Assembly (NCBI GenBank): GCA_051294375.1
Contig: CM119265.1
Coordinates: 28,851,167 to 28,915,166, forward strand
From: Paraspadella gotoi
Taxonomy: Eukaryota; Animalia; Chaetognatha
Reading direction: 5' to 3'
Length of the DNA: 64,000 nt
The notes below the pieces were generated by a model. It saw only the letters and a program-made list of their open reading frames with translations, was not told the origin of the DNA and made no database searches. This document shows positions 39,773-52,918 of this stretch, one piece after another (position 1 is the first letter of the stretch; each line of letters opens with the position of its first letter). The translations under genes and the position numbers were made by a program.

Positions 39773-40952
39773 TTCTCTCTTCTCTCTACATCCCCTCACT
39801 AGACCCCAGTACAAATAACGAACGAGTGTCGTTTCATTGGTCGACGGCCTCCGCCTTCTCGCTCTTTCTGATTTGGTTCGCGCCGCGCGGCCGAAGCGGC
39901 TCCGGCGAAAAAAACTGCGACGATACCGGCCACCAGCGTCGACTGATTGGCCGAGCTCGTCGGCCTTCGCGCGCCTTTCCCGTGGGACGCTCCGCAACCT
40001 TGGTCCCGTTTTTTTTTAGGCCAACACAGACGGACGGCAATTGCGGAATTTTACAAGTTTTCTATTTGTATATCTAAAACGCTATTTGTGAAGTTGTTCT
40101 CACCAATTCTAGCGCGCCGACATCAGGCGCAGACGGGCGAGCGTAATGGATGGTTGTTTCTTCTTAACAGGCGCGACAAGTTTATTAAAGAAGTGCATTG
40201 TAAATCAGAGTATNNNNNNNNNNNNNNNNNNNNNNNNNCCCTCTCCCTCTCTTTCCCTCTCTTTCTCCGTCTCCCTCCATCTCTCTTTCTCTCTCCCTCT
40301 CTCTCTCCTCTCATCCCAACAACACAGTTGCGTCCTGGCGATCATTTTCTTCCAGACGCTAAAATTATGGGCAGCGTCTTTTGCGGTAGACGAGGGGAAG
40401 GAAGGGGGAGAGGAAGAGGGGGAGGGGAGAGGAAGAGGGGGAGAGGAAGCGAGGGAGGGGAGAGGAAGAGAGAAGGAAAACAAATGAGGAAAAGAAAAGA
40501 TAAAAAAGTAGAAACATGTATAGAGAAGGTGTAAGATAAGAATATAGAAATAAAAGCCTTATTTTCCCAGAATGCCCCATTTTATTTTAAATTCGAAATT
40601 GAATTTTTTTAATTAACGATTAGGATAATTAAGGATTAGGTTAGTGATAAGTATATTAGGTTAGGGATTTTGATTGGGGACTAGCGTTAAGGGTTAGAGG
40701 TTAGAATTAGAAATTAAGTATTAGGGTATAGGATTAAATTAGGGTTAAAGATTACGGTTTGGGAATGATTCATAAATAAATAAGATTAAAATTACCTTTT
40801 TAATTGAATGAACAGAAATTGGAAACTCTTGGAATAGAAAGCCAAAGTAAAAGAATTCAGAGTTAAAGAGAAACTTAACTCGCAAAAAGGTGAAGGAACT
40901 TTTTTTGCGAAGGAAGAAAAACCTTTTTATTTCTTTGTTTTCGCGTTTCTTT

Positions 40953-41075
<123 letters not shown>

Positions 41076-41452
41076 CAATCTCTCCTCTTGATCAATAGGT
41101 TCCGCTGTCTGCCCTAATAGTTACTCTGGCACCTTTTCGATTTCCTCGGTCGACGATCTTCTTTTTTTGCTTTTCTCTTTTCTTTTCTTTTCTTTTCTTT
41201 TCTTTTCTTTTCTTTTCTTTTCTTCTCTTTTCTTTTTTTCCTTTTTTTTCTTTTATTCTCTTTTCTTTTTTTTCTTTTCCTTTCTTTTCTTTTCTTTTCT
41301 TCTCTTTTCTTTTCTTTTTATATTTCTTTTCTTTTCTTTTCATTTCTTTATATCTTTTTCTTTTTTNNNNNNNNNNNNNNNNNNNNNNNNNCATATGTTT
41401 TTCTTTTTAATCTGGAATTTTCATTTTTCCTCTTTTGTCATACACAGACACA

Positions 41453-41513
<61 letters not shown>

Positions 41514-41684
41514 AATCTCTCTCTCATCTCTCTCTTCTCTCTCTTTCTCTTCCTTTTTCTTACCCACTGACCTCCCTCTCTCCTTTTCAAAACGCCTCCA
41601 GTCTGTTTAGAAGCACGATCCTTGGCGACAAGAAGAACAAGAACGCGGCCTCTCGTCCCCGACTCCGGATGGAGAAAGAGAGAG

Positions 41685-41740
<56 letters not shown>

Positions 41741-42674
41741 AGAATGAGAGAGAGCGAGAGAGAGACACCTGATCGTTTCTTGACGGCAAATCCTCACTTA
41801 ATGATGATGTCAAAAAGATTTGAGTGTGGAGGAGAGACGTCGCCAGAGGGAGGAAGGGAGAGAGAGGGAGAAAAGGGAGGGAATTACGTAGGGAAAAGGG
41901 GGGCAGAGAGAGGAAATGAGATGGAATGGGAAAAAAGGGGATGGAGAGGGAGTGAGAAAGAAAGTGTGATTCATCGATCATAGGAGATAGGAGGGAGGAA
42001 GCAGACAAATAAAGACAGGAGAGGAAGAAGGGGACACGTCAGTGAGATGGAAAAAAGGAGAGAGAGGAGACAAACCGCCAAACAAGATGAGAAGGAGGAA
42101 ATTCTTGACTTAATTAGGAGGAAACTATAATTCTTCCTGCAATGGAAAAGGAGTTTCAGAACTTTTAGAAAAGGTCAAAAGCCCAATCAAGAGACATTGG
42201 CCAAGGCTAATCAGTTTGTCTCTCAAGGGGCTAAGGAAATAAACAGAACTGAAATTCCAATGTTGTGTTTACGCCGAAGTGACTTCTTATCTTAAAAACC
42301 GAAAGTTAGCGCTAGAAGTTGCTTAGATTTCAGGTTTATTTTATGTCTGAACTATTGAACTTAACTAAGTGGGACAGACCGACGGACAGACATACCGAGT
42401 GACCGACGACGTCCGACCGGCGCAACTAAAAAGGGAAAAATTCCATAAAGGTCGCTCGCATTCAGATCCCGCCACCAGGAGAGGTTTTCGGGTTCTAATT
42501 AGCGAAGTATGCCATACCCGTAGGCTGAAATCGAAGTTAGACAAAAGACACTGGAACCAAATCCTTTGCAGCGCCCCCTACTCTCCTCTGTCATAATCCA
42601 CTTTAGAATAGACCATAAACCTAAATCGGTCTGTTACTTTGAATCAGGTGAGAGAGAGAGAGAGTGAGAAGAGA

Positions 42675-42734
<60 letters not shown>

Positions 42735-44048
42735 CTTCTAATGGTCTCTCTCCTTTGGCTCGGGTTTTTTTTTTCTTCTCTTCCAGACTCGCATGATTAT
42801 TTTTATTGAATGGAAAGTTTTTTCTTCTCTTTCCTCTCTTTCTCAATCTCTCTCTCTCCCCCTCTCCCTCTCTCCCTCTCTTTTTCTTTTCGTCTCCTCT
42901 TTCCTCTTTTCCTCCCTCCTTCCCCCTTCCCTCTCCCAAAATCTACCCGCAATTTTCGAACTAGATCCTGAGGGTGGTGGTCCTTAGCCAGCCCCCACCC
43001 GTCGGAAAGTCGGCGCTGCTTTGAGAAGGAGAGGAAGAATAAGAGAAAAGAAAAGAAAGAAAAAAGAAAGAAAAGAAAGAAAGAAAAGAAAGAAAGAAAA
43101 GAGAATAAAGAAAAAAAAAGAAGAAATAAACATGAGTAGAAGAAAGAGGAAGAGAGAGAGGTTGTTGAAAGATAATGAAAACACAGATGAGTAGAAGTAG
43201 ATTGTGTTTGTTTTTGTTCTGGCGAAAGAAAATGCGAAAAAAAACAGATGACCCAGACCGACGACAGACCAATGAAGAGGAGGAGATCGATTTTTTTGGC
43301 GGAAAAAAGAGGAATCCCTATCCCTACCTTCCCCTATTTCTCTCTCTCTTCTCTTCTCCTCTCTCTCTCTCTCTCTACCTCTCTCCTCTCTCTTTCCTCT
43401 CTCTCTCTTTTCTCTCTATACTCTCATACTCTTCGCGAAGGTATAATTCTTATGACTTCCTGATGTCTTCGTCTTCTCTCTCTCTCTCTCTCTCTTACTT
43501 CCCTTCTCTCTCTCCCTAACCAAATTCTTTTATTTTCCTATTTGTTCTTCCTTTCCTTTTTCTTTTCCTTTGCTTCCTCCATTACTCTTTAAATCCTACT
43601 GCTCAGCTTGAACCCCTCTCTCCTTCCTCTCTTCTCTTCTCCCTCCACTCCTCTCCCTCTCTCTCCCTCCCACTCTATTCTCTCTCTCTCTCCCTCTTCT
43701 CGTCCGAGAGGTTAAGTCCTATGGCTCCTGGGTCTCACCAGAGAGTCGCCCGTTTGATCCAAAAAGGATTAAAATCGCCGGCGACCGTTGGCGTTCTTTG
43801 CCGACGCCGGCCGGACAAAGGCCGACAAGGGCCGCTATTGTTTCCGGAGCCAGAGGTGGGGGGCAAGGAAGGGGCGGTAAGGAGGGGGTGGTGGTAAAGG
43901 TGGGGAGTTTGTGGTGTGGAGTGGATGGAAAAGGTTGGGTTTGGATGAGAAATTCGGAAAAAAAGAAAAGAAAAAAAAAAATAAGGAAAATAGGAGAATT
44001 AGATTGAAAATACAACAACGGTCAAAAATATTTTACAAAATAGTTTAA

Positions 44049-44959
44049 GGGACCCATGATAAAAAATGATATCATAAGCTTAAGGGCTCTCTATCATCAA
44101 AGGAATTTGAATGGTGATAGTCATTAATTTTTCTTTGCCACGGGAAAAGTGGCAAAAAATTCCTATCTCTTAATTCTAGCGGAAACAAAAATTTAATAAT
44201 TATTGAAAAAAAAATTAGTTGACCCTACCCTAAATTTTATATAATTTATTATTTTTATTTTTGCATTAGAAAATATTTTTACTTAAATTCCAATTTTTAT
44301 TTTTACTGTACAAAAGCTATAATTTTAGGTTTAAGCCTCATTGAACAAAGGCTTACAAGACTAATATTTTTATATTTTTATATTTACTTAAAGCCAGACA
44401 AATCAAACCTAAAATTCTATTCTTACAGAAACAAAACTTGTAATAATTATTAAGTTATATTCATTTCATCCCTTAAATGTAGTAATTAAAAACTATATTG
44501 ATTCCTAAATTATAACAATTTAAAAATTTAGCAAAGTACAGAATCTTTCTCTTCTTTTGTATATTTATATTATTCAAAGAGTTTTATTTTCATCCAATTA
44601 ACAGAATCGTTTGAAAAAGGAAAGTTTAAATAAAATCAGTCGATACCGTTTAAAATTTTGATTCATTCCTAGTTTTTTTCATTATAAATTTTTGTAATAA
44701 AAAGCTGAAAATCTTTTTTAACAATTAGATCTTTACCCTTTTTTGGAAAAAAAAATTTTAAACTTGAAAAGATTTTCTTCTTACGATTTTTTTAAAAGGA
44801 AAATTAAGCTCCGCTGATTTTATCGAATTTTTAACTACTTATCCCCAAATGTTTATAGAAGAAAAAATTATATGATCAGGAAAAAACAGCTTAAGTTTCA
44901 AAGGGTTCAAACGTTATTGTTTTTCAAGCTTTTTACCCCCCCTGCTTTCACTTGGTCCC
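44049..44959. mobile_element. Non-autonomous DNA transposon (MITE), TTAA-flanked, Kolobok-like termini
   Basis: TTAA(44045-44048)|GGGACC...GGTCCC|TTAA(44960-44963). 911 bp, AT-rich, non-coding. Absent from the homologous site in the other arm (~28530-28540, reverse complement tagttttaacgtaaa). Confidence 0.8.
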
Positions 44960-46954
44960 TTAAACGTAAAATAAAAAGGACATGGTTCGACTAAGGATTC
45001 TTCATCAGCGCCAAATAAGTTTTGAAAATTAAACAGAAAGTGCTTTAATTTCAAACGCAACGAATCGAAAGAATAGTTCCAATAGAAAAAAAAATTGTTA
45101 GAATTCCTGACCTAGAAAAAAAGAAAAGAAAAAAAAATTGTAAAAAAATAAAAAAATAAAATCAAAAAAATTAAAAAAAAGAGAAAAAGAAAAGAAATTA
45201 AGAGGATTATCGAAGTTTCCATCCTACATCGCGTGAGGCAGTTATTGATTTCACAATCCGTTTTCCCGTCACAGGTTTGCCACTTGTCATCACCTTCAGA
45301 TCATGTCCATCATGTCCTTTTTCCACTAGTCCCTCGTTTTTCACTTCCTCATGTTTTACACTTCTCCTCTTTTGCCTATCCCTGACCCTATTAGTTTCAC
45401 ACCTACCTCGTCTCCCACATCTAAGTACAACTTCACAGAAAAGCATAGATAGAGGAAGATGAGGCGAGACTTAAAGGGAAGGGAGGAGGCAGGAGTAGGA
45501 GGAACCAAGAGGAGTAAGAAGGAAAGAAGGAAAGAAGGAACAAAAGATGCGAGTATCAATTTGGAGGAAATTTTTTTAAAAAAATGGTTTGACCTCTTAT
45601 AGAAAGGAAAGAGGGGAGAGAAGGAGAGGGAGAGAAGAAGAAGAAAGGGAGGGAAGAGGGGAGAGCAAGAGCAAGGAAGATGAGAAAGAGAATGAAGAAG
45701 AGGAAAGGCAGACGGATAGGAAGAAGAGAGGGAGAAAGAGAAGGAAAGGAAGTGGGGAAGAAACAGGAAGAGGAAAAGAGAGTTGAAGAATTGAGCAAAG
45801 AGGAAAGAAGGAGAGGAAGGAGGGAAAAAGAGAGGTTAAAGGAGAAGGAAGAAAAGGTGAGGAAGAGGTAGAGGGAGAGGGAGAGTAAGAGGAAAGAGGG
45901 AAAGAGTGAGGAAGAGGAGAGGAAGAGGGAAGAGGGAGAGAAAGAACGAGAGGATGAATCGAAGAGAAGCGGAAAGAGAAAAAAGAAAAGGAAAATTAAC
46001 AAAGAAAAGCAAAGATCATAAATAAGAGAAAAAGGATTGAGAGGAAAATCGTGGAAAAGGGAGGAAAGAAAAATAAGAGGAAAAAAGGATGAGAGGTAAA
46101 ATCGAAAATCGGAAAAAGGGAGAGGAATGCTGAGAAAAAGGAAAAAAGGAAAAAAGAAGTAGCAAAAGAGAAAGAGCAAGTATGAAGATGAGTAATTAAA
46201 GGAGAGAAGAAAAAAGAAAAAGAAAGAAGAGAGGTAGAAGAGAAGAGGAAAGAGAAGATTGAAGAAAAGGTGAGGAAGGAGAAAGAAGGGGCAAGCATTC
46301 CCTCCAAGGATCAGAGGCGCCAAAGGCCGAGGACGATTTCAAGTGGAACGGGAAACACAAAGATGGAAATGGGGGAATGGAAAAGGGAGAATTTAAAAAG
46401 GGAAAGAGATAAAAGGGAAAGAGTTAAACAGGGAAAGAGGAAGGGAAAGAGGAAAAGGGAGAGGGAAAGGGGCAGCAGAAAAGGGAAAGAGAGAGTGGGA
46501 AATTGAAAAAGGGAAAAGAGAGAATGAAATTCGGAGAGGGAAAGGAAGAGTGGAAAGGGAGGATTGGAAATGGGATAGTGGAAATGAAAGAGTAATCAGA
46601 GAGAGGACTTGGAGAGTGGAAAACGGAGAATGGAAAAAGGAAATAGAAATGGGAGAGATGAAAGGAGAGAGGAAATGGAGAGCGGGCAAAACGTATAAAA
46701 TGGCGGAATTGACGTTTATTCTTTGAATCTAGATTTTCCAAATATGGCGGGAAACTTTTTATAATACTTCTACACGGCGAGCAGTTATACCTTTCACGGC
46801 GAATTCGGAGATTACTTCTGTCTGAGTAGAAATAGTCGAGGAATGGCGTCATGACCGAAGCCGCGCTGCGGCGAAGTTCTCAGCGGCGAAAAAGTCTCTC
46901 CCATGTTTTAACGGCACAAGCGGGAACTCGTAAAGCTGGTCGCTCTCTCTCTCT

Positions 46955-47020
<66 letters not shown>

Positions 47021-47560
47021 AGCAGACGCTCCCCAGCCCCGAGCCCCACCCTCCCTATCTAGTCAGACCCACCGCTGCGGAAAAAGGAGGTTGTCTCTGG
47101 CAACAAGCAATTAGACCCAATTGTCGAGAGGCAAGACAGAAGATATGGAAGATTGATGTATGGGGGCTGAGTTTGAAGTGAGCTGAGGAGGAGGAGGAGG
47201 GGGAAGGAGGAGGGGAGGAGGAGGGGAGAGGCGAGGGTTGAGGAAAGGTAAGAAAAGAAAAGGGAGGAAAAAGAAAAAGGAGAAAAAAGCAAAGGGAAGA
47301 ACAAAAGGGAGAAAAAATAAAAGGGAGGAAAAAGAAAATGGAAAAAAAGGGAAGAGAAAAAATGGAGGAAAAAGAAAAAGGAGGAAAAATAAAAGAAGAA
47401 AAAAGGTTTCTTTATCTCTTGTCTCTCGTTTTGTGCGCAGTAAATTATATTTTTCGTTTATTTTAAGACACAATTTTTTGAAAAGAGGAATGTGGTCTCT
47501 GACTCTGGTCTCAAGTTGTCTCTCTCTTTTGTTTTTATACTTTTATTTTATCTTTTTCTT

Positions 47561-47595
<35 letters not shown>

Positions 47596-47602
47596 CTCTC
47601 TC

Positions 47603-47641
<39 letters not shown>

Positions 47642-47773
47642 TTCTCTCTTTCTCTCTTCTCACTCTCTCAGTACAGCGCTAAAGATCTTTTTGGCGCCTT
47701 TCATCACTCTTTTAAACTATTAAGGATCCAGTTACCTCTTCTCTCTCTCTCTCTCTCTTTCTCTCTTCTCTCT

Positions 47774-47809
<36 letters not shown>

Positions 47810-48538
47810 ACTCTCTTCTCTCTTTCTCGTCTTCTCTTTCTCTTTCTTGTTCTTTTAGTTTTTGTATTTTTGTATTTTCTGTTTTTTGTTGACTTAAAAG
47901 CCTAAATTACAAGTTTAAAATTTATTTCGTTTGTCTCTATTGTTTTATTTTTTTATTTATTTTCTTCTTTCGGTCTCAAGAAATAACCTCATGTTTCCGT
48001 CGCCAAAAAGATCGAGGAAAAAAAGGCTTTTTTTGTGTATTCGGGCTGCGGTCATTTTTAGACTGAATGTTGACCCCGCATTGGGTCTGACATTGCGGTC
48101 CCGGTTTTCATTATAATTTATACAAAATATTCTTTGTTAGATATTTTACATCCTTCTTTTCCTTCTTTCCTTTCTCTCTTTACTTTTCTTTTCTTTTCTT
48201 TTTTCCCTTTCTTTTCTTTTCTTTTTTTTTCTTTCTTTTCTCATCTCTTTTCTTTTTTTCTTTCCTTTTCTCATCTTTTTCTCTTCTCATCTACCAAAAT
48301 ACTTTTTAGATATTTTAACATCTTCTTTCCTTTTTTCTTCTCTCTGTTCCCTTTTCTTTTCTTTTTTCCTTTCTTTTCTTTTCTTTTTCCTTTCTTTTTC
48401 TTTTCTTTTCTCTTTTCTTATTTTACATCTTCTTTTCCATTCTTCTTTCTCTCTCTTCCTTTTTTTATTTCTTTTTTTCTTTTTTCTTTTCTCTTTGCTT
48501 TTCTTTTCTTTTCATTTCTTTTTTTTTCTTTTTTCTTT

Positions 48539-48570
<32 letters not shown>

Positions 48571-48906
48571 CTTTTTTTTCCTTCTTTTCTTTTCTTTCTT
48601 CTTCTTTTTTTTCTTTTCTTTTCTTTTCCTATTTTTCTTATATTTTCTCTCTATTTATTTCTTTTCCTTTCCTTTCCTTTCTTCTCTTTTCTTTTTTTTT
48701 CTCTTTTCCTTTTCTTTTCCTTTATTTTCCTTTTCTTTTTCTTTTTTTCTTCTCTTTCCTCGCTTGCCCTTTCTCTCTTCTTTCCTCGTTAAATCGAACA
48801 CGACTTTCACCTCAACAAATTAACTGCGAATTTCGTAATTTCTTTAACGAGGAAATAAAAAAAAAGGATAAGAGAAAAACAAGAGAAAAAAAGAGATAAG
48901 TTGCGA

Positions 48907-48955
<49 letters not shown>

Positions 48956-49569
48956 GCGCATTTAAAATCAGGAAACATAATGGAGAGAGAGACAGAGAGG
49001 GGGAGAGAGAGAGAGAGAGAGAGAGAGCGAGTGAGAGTGAGAAGCAGAAAATAAGATCGTGATACCTAACTAGTGAACATAAAATCAGTAAAGAAATCAA
49101 TTTATTAAAGGAAAAATATTTGTAGGAAAATATAATCAAAACGACAATTACTGACATGACATAAATGACATTTAGAAACCCTTTATTGCAATATACAATA
49201 TATACATTACAATATACAATTCTACAAATTCTTGTTACCTCTCTACATTTTTATAGAACGTTATGGAGAGTAGTGAAAATTCTAAAAGACAATTATGAAC
49301 AACTACTCTTTAATATTACTTTTTTATAACATCCCCAACACATTTTATAACTCCAAGTATTCTGTTATTGCCTCTACCTTTCTTTCTTACCTCTTATCCC
49401 TTCTAAAAGGATTTCTTCACCTCTTTGTTCTCTCCTCTACTTCTCTTTTTCTGACCTTGCCTCTTCTAAAAACTTTCCTCACCTCTCTGCTCTCTCCTTT
49501 CCTCCACCTTTCTTTCCTCTCCTTCACCTCTTTCTCACTCTCCCACCCCATCTCTCCTTTCATCCACGC

Positions 49570-49815
49570 TCTCTTTAACTCCATCCATCCTTCTTGTACT
49601 TCTCTTTCTCCAACCCTGTCCCCTCTCATCAACTTCTTTTTAACCCATCCACCTCTCTATTAACCTCCATCCACCTCTTACTTCTCTTCTCCAACCCGTG
49701 TCCCCTCTCATCAACTTCTCAATTAACTCCATCCACCTCTCTATCTAAACTCCATCCACCTCTTTCTTCTCTCTCCAACCCTGTCCCTCTCATCAACTTC
49801 TCTATTAACTCCTTC
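49570..49815 (+). repeat. ~82-bp pyrimidine-rich tandem repeat x3
   Basis: ctccaaccctgtcccctctcatcaacttct...ttaactccatccacctct at ~49608, ~49689 and ~49773. Confidence 0.85.
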
Positions 49816-49842
49816 TACCTCTCTTTTTTCCCCACCCTTCAG

Positions 49843-49962
49843 GCGAATCTCTTACTCTGGCGGGGGACGCCGTTCATGGTCCTCCATCGGCCTACTGGAA
49901 GGAAGAAAGCGAGTGGAAGACTTTTCTATCTTATTTGGACTCTGTGGTCTTATATATTTCAG
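49843..49962 (+). CDS. Candidate internal exon of an unidentified gene
   Basis: Long pyrimidine tract + ttcAG acceptor, strong CAG|GTGAGC donor, 120 nt, complex sequence, no stop in any forward frame. Confidence 0.5.
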
Positions 49963-50155
49963 GTGAGCAGATGGTACAGATGGGATAAAGTGGGATAAAG
50001 ATCGGAAAGAGACAGGAAAGAAATTACGATAGAGAGGGAAAAAATAGGATGGGAAAGACTCTTTCTATGTCTTCGACTTAAACCCGCATAAATTTTCTAA
50101 TATATTAATTAATTATTAATATTAATTATCTATCTCCCCCTCCACTCAACTTTAG

Positions 50156-50543
50156 GGAACTTACCTTCCCCACCGGGGGGGAACAGGGATGTGTCTCGGG
50201 CGTCCTCCAATTCCAAAACTCTCCTCCTCCCCTTCCTCCTCTCTTCATCTTCCTCTTCCTCGGACTCTTCCTCTCCCGCCTTCCTCGCCGGGGTCCTCTC
50301 CGCGCCGTCGCCGCCGGAAACGCTGCTCCGCGCTCATCCTCGCCGCCGCCCTCCGCCGCGTCTCCGCCGTCTGCTTCCGGCGACGCCACGCGAGCGAACG
50401 CGAGCAAGACTCGGCGCGAGGCGTGGTACTTTGGCGAGAGAGACTTCCGGAGTTTGGGTTTATATCGGAGCGAATTTCCTGTTTTCGTCAATTCGCCGAC
50501 GCTGGGGACGGACAGGAATTCGCCGGCCGTGGTAGTGAGGAAG
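50156..50543 (+). CDS. Candidate exon of an unidentified gene
   Basis: ctccccctccactcaactttAG acceptor (alternative AG at 50185-50186) and AAG|GTGAGA donor. GC-rich open frame ending ...ASKTRREAWYFGERDFRSLGLYRSEFPVFVNSPTLGTDRNSPAVVVRK. Confidence 0.45.
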
Positions 50544-50586
50544 GTGAGAGAAGAAAGGAAAGGGGGGGAAAGGGCGCAAAAACGAT

Positions 50587-50712
50587 TATTGAGTTCTTAA
50601 ATCTCATTTACATATTGTAGCAGTTTTATATTAATTTCTTATTTTGATACGGTTTTTATAGAAGTCTTTTTTACTATTTTTAGCAATTACTTTTAAAAGG
50701 GGCTTAAATAAT
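50587..50712 (+). repeat. Short dispersed repeat (~120 bp) also at ~9030-9140 and ~20675-20780
   Basis: Shared blocks attgaNttct..aatctcatttacat, tacggtttt..at.gaagtctt, ttttaa...ttaaataat. Confidence 0.7.
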
Positions 50713-50954
50713 TAATTAAGTTTTCTAATTAATATTTCAAAATATCTTATTGTTTTTGTAGGAGCCTTTATGAAATGGAAGTTTTGTCTTATTCTCGCAT
50801 TAAACTGTATCATGTTTGATAAGAACATTGTTATTTTTATTTGTTTATGTTTAATTGACTTGTTTTTAGTATTAAAATTTAAAAAAAAATATCTATTCAA
50901 AAATACTTTATTAAACGGTTTAAAGGACGTAAATTAATTGTAATGTTTATCGTA

Positions 50955-51524
50955 TCTCTCTCTCTCCCCCCCCTCCCCTCCTTTTCCCCCCCTCTCTCCT
51001 TTCTTCCCCCCCTCTCTCCCTCTTCCCCCCTCTCTCCTCTTCCCCCTCTCTCCTCTTCCCCCTCTCTCCCTTGCCCCCCCTCTCTCCTCTTCCCCCCTCT
51101 CTCCTCTTCCCCCCCTCTCTCCTCTTCCCCCTCCTCTCCTCTTCCCCCTCTCTTCCTCTTCCCCCCCTCTCTCCTCTTCCCCCCTCTCTCCTCTTTCCCC
51201 CCTCTCTCCTCTTCCCCCCCTCTCTCCTCTTCCCCCCCTCTTCTCTTCCCCCCCTCTCTCCTCTTCCCCCCCCCCTCTCTCCTCTTTCCCCCCCTCTCTC
51301 CCTCTCTCCCCACCTCTCTCCTCTTCCCCCCCTCTCTCTCTTCCCCCCTTTCCTCTTCCCCCCCTTCTCTCCTCTTCCCCCCTCTCTCCTCTTCCCCCCC
51401 CTCTCCTCTTCCCCCCCTCTCTCCTCTTCCCCCCTCTCTCCTCTTCCCCCTCTCTCCTCTTTCCCCCTTCTCTCCCTCTTCCCCCCCTCTCTCCTCTTCC
51501 CCCCTCTCTCTCTTCCCCCCTCTC
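50955..51524 (+). repeat. ~18-bp homopyrimidine minisatellite (CTCTTCCCCCCTCTCTC)n
   Basis: About 570 nt that are almost purely C/T on the plus strand. Confidence 0.92.
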
Positions 51525-51537
51525 GCTCCGTCCCCAG

Positions 51538-51720
51538 ATTCCGCCCTGGTTTCACAGTAAAGCTTTCGACTACGAGGAATCCAAATTCCTTCCAAGGCGA
51601 CTCAAGATCCTTCTCTTCTCGACGGACCATTTTGACCTCACCGATCAGACTCAGCTTCGCCAAAGGTGGGGTCTCATTACCATTCGCCAGTTCATCACGT
51701 TGTGTCCATTGTTGGATTGA
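51538..51720 (+). CDS. Candidate (terminal?) exon of an unidentified gene
   Basis: tccccAG acceptor after a ~570-nt pyrimidine tract. Phase-0 compatible with the preceding exon: IPPWFHSKAFDYEESKFLPRRLKILLFSTDHFDLTDQTQLRQRWGLITIRQFITLCPLLD*. An alternative donor AG|GTGGGG lies near 51666. Confidence 0.5.
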   Translation: MPPWFHSKAFDYEESKFLPRRLKILLFSTDHFDLTDQTQLRQRWGLITIRQFITLCPLLD

Positions 51721-52474
51721 GATTCTATGAATTGTGCGGTAGAGAGAGAGAGGTCGGTAAAGGGGAGAGAGAGTGAGGAGAGAGAGAGAGAGGAGAGAAA
51801 ATTGTTCAGACAAAATATGATTAAGGAAAGGGGTTTTTATATTTTTTTAATTTTGTTTTGTTAATTGCATTATTTGATGTTATTTTTATTAAAGTTTTAA
51901 AACGATTTTTTAATCGCATTTCTAAGACTTATTAATGTTTCTAAAATTAAGTTTAATTATTTTATTTTACTCACTTTTTTGATATTTTCTGATTAGGTTA
52001 ATTTTCTCCACCCCCCTTTTTTCCCGCCGAACTCCATGACCAACTGCATTTATTACATCATTTTTGAAAAAAATGTATTCATATTTTCATCGTATACAGT
52101 GCAAAAAATAAGTCAGAAAATGTTGCGCTCCATCATTTTTTTTAAATTTTTGTTTACAAATTCGTTGGGAACTAATAAGTTCATTTTTATCATCATTTTA
52201 ATTAATTATCATAACTCTCATTTGACAAATATTAAAAAAAGCCAGTATAGACTTCTTCATCATCTCTCTCTCCTCTTTTTTCACTTCCGGGGCGTCAATG
52301 AGTGCCCCACCCTTCGACGAGACAAGCCCTTTTCCTCATGTCCCATGTCCCATGTCCCAATGTCGCCCTGTTCGTCTTCCGGTCCTTCCTCTGGCCTTTT
52401 TCTTGTCCTGAACCCAAAATGATCCCCACCTCCAAAAAAAAAAACAAAAACAAAAAATTCACGCGAGGGGAGGT

Positions 52475-52735
52475 CAAAACAAAACAAAAAAACAAACGAA
52501 AACAAAAACAAACAAAACAAATAGACCAAAAAGAAACATTACCAAAAAACAACAAACAAACAAACAAACAAACAAACAAAACAAACAAACAAAACAGAAC
52601 AAAACAAACAAAACAAACAAAAACAAACAAAACAAACAAAATAAATAAAACAAAACAAAACAACAAAACAACAAAACAAGCCAAAGCCAAACAAAGCAAA
52701 CAAACAAACAAAAATAAAAAACAAACAAAAACAAC
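52475..52735 (+). repeat. (CAAA)n/(CAAAA)n simple repeat
   Basis: Direct inspection. Confidence 0.9.
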
Positions 52736-52850
52736 GTTGGCCTTCTAGTCCTCGCCTCTCTTCATCCCAGTTATGAAATTAGTTTTTCGCCTTTGGCTCA
52801 AATCCGTTATTTTATTTTTTTAAATAAAAAAAGTCAGTTAAATATATTTT

Positions 52851-52918
<68 letters not shown>

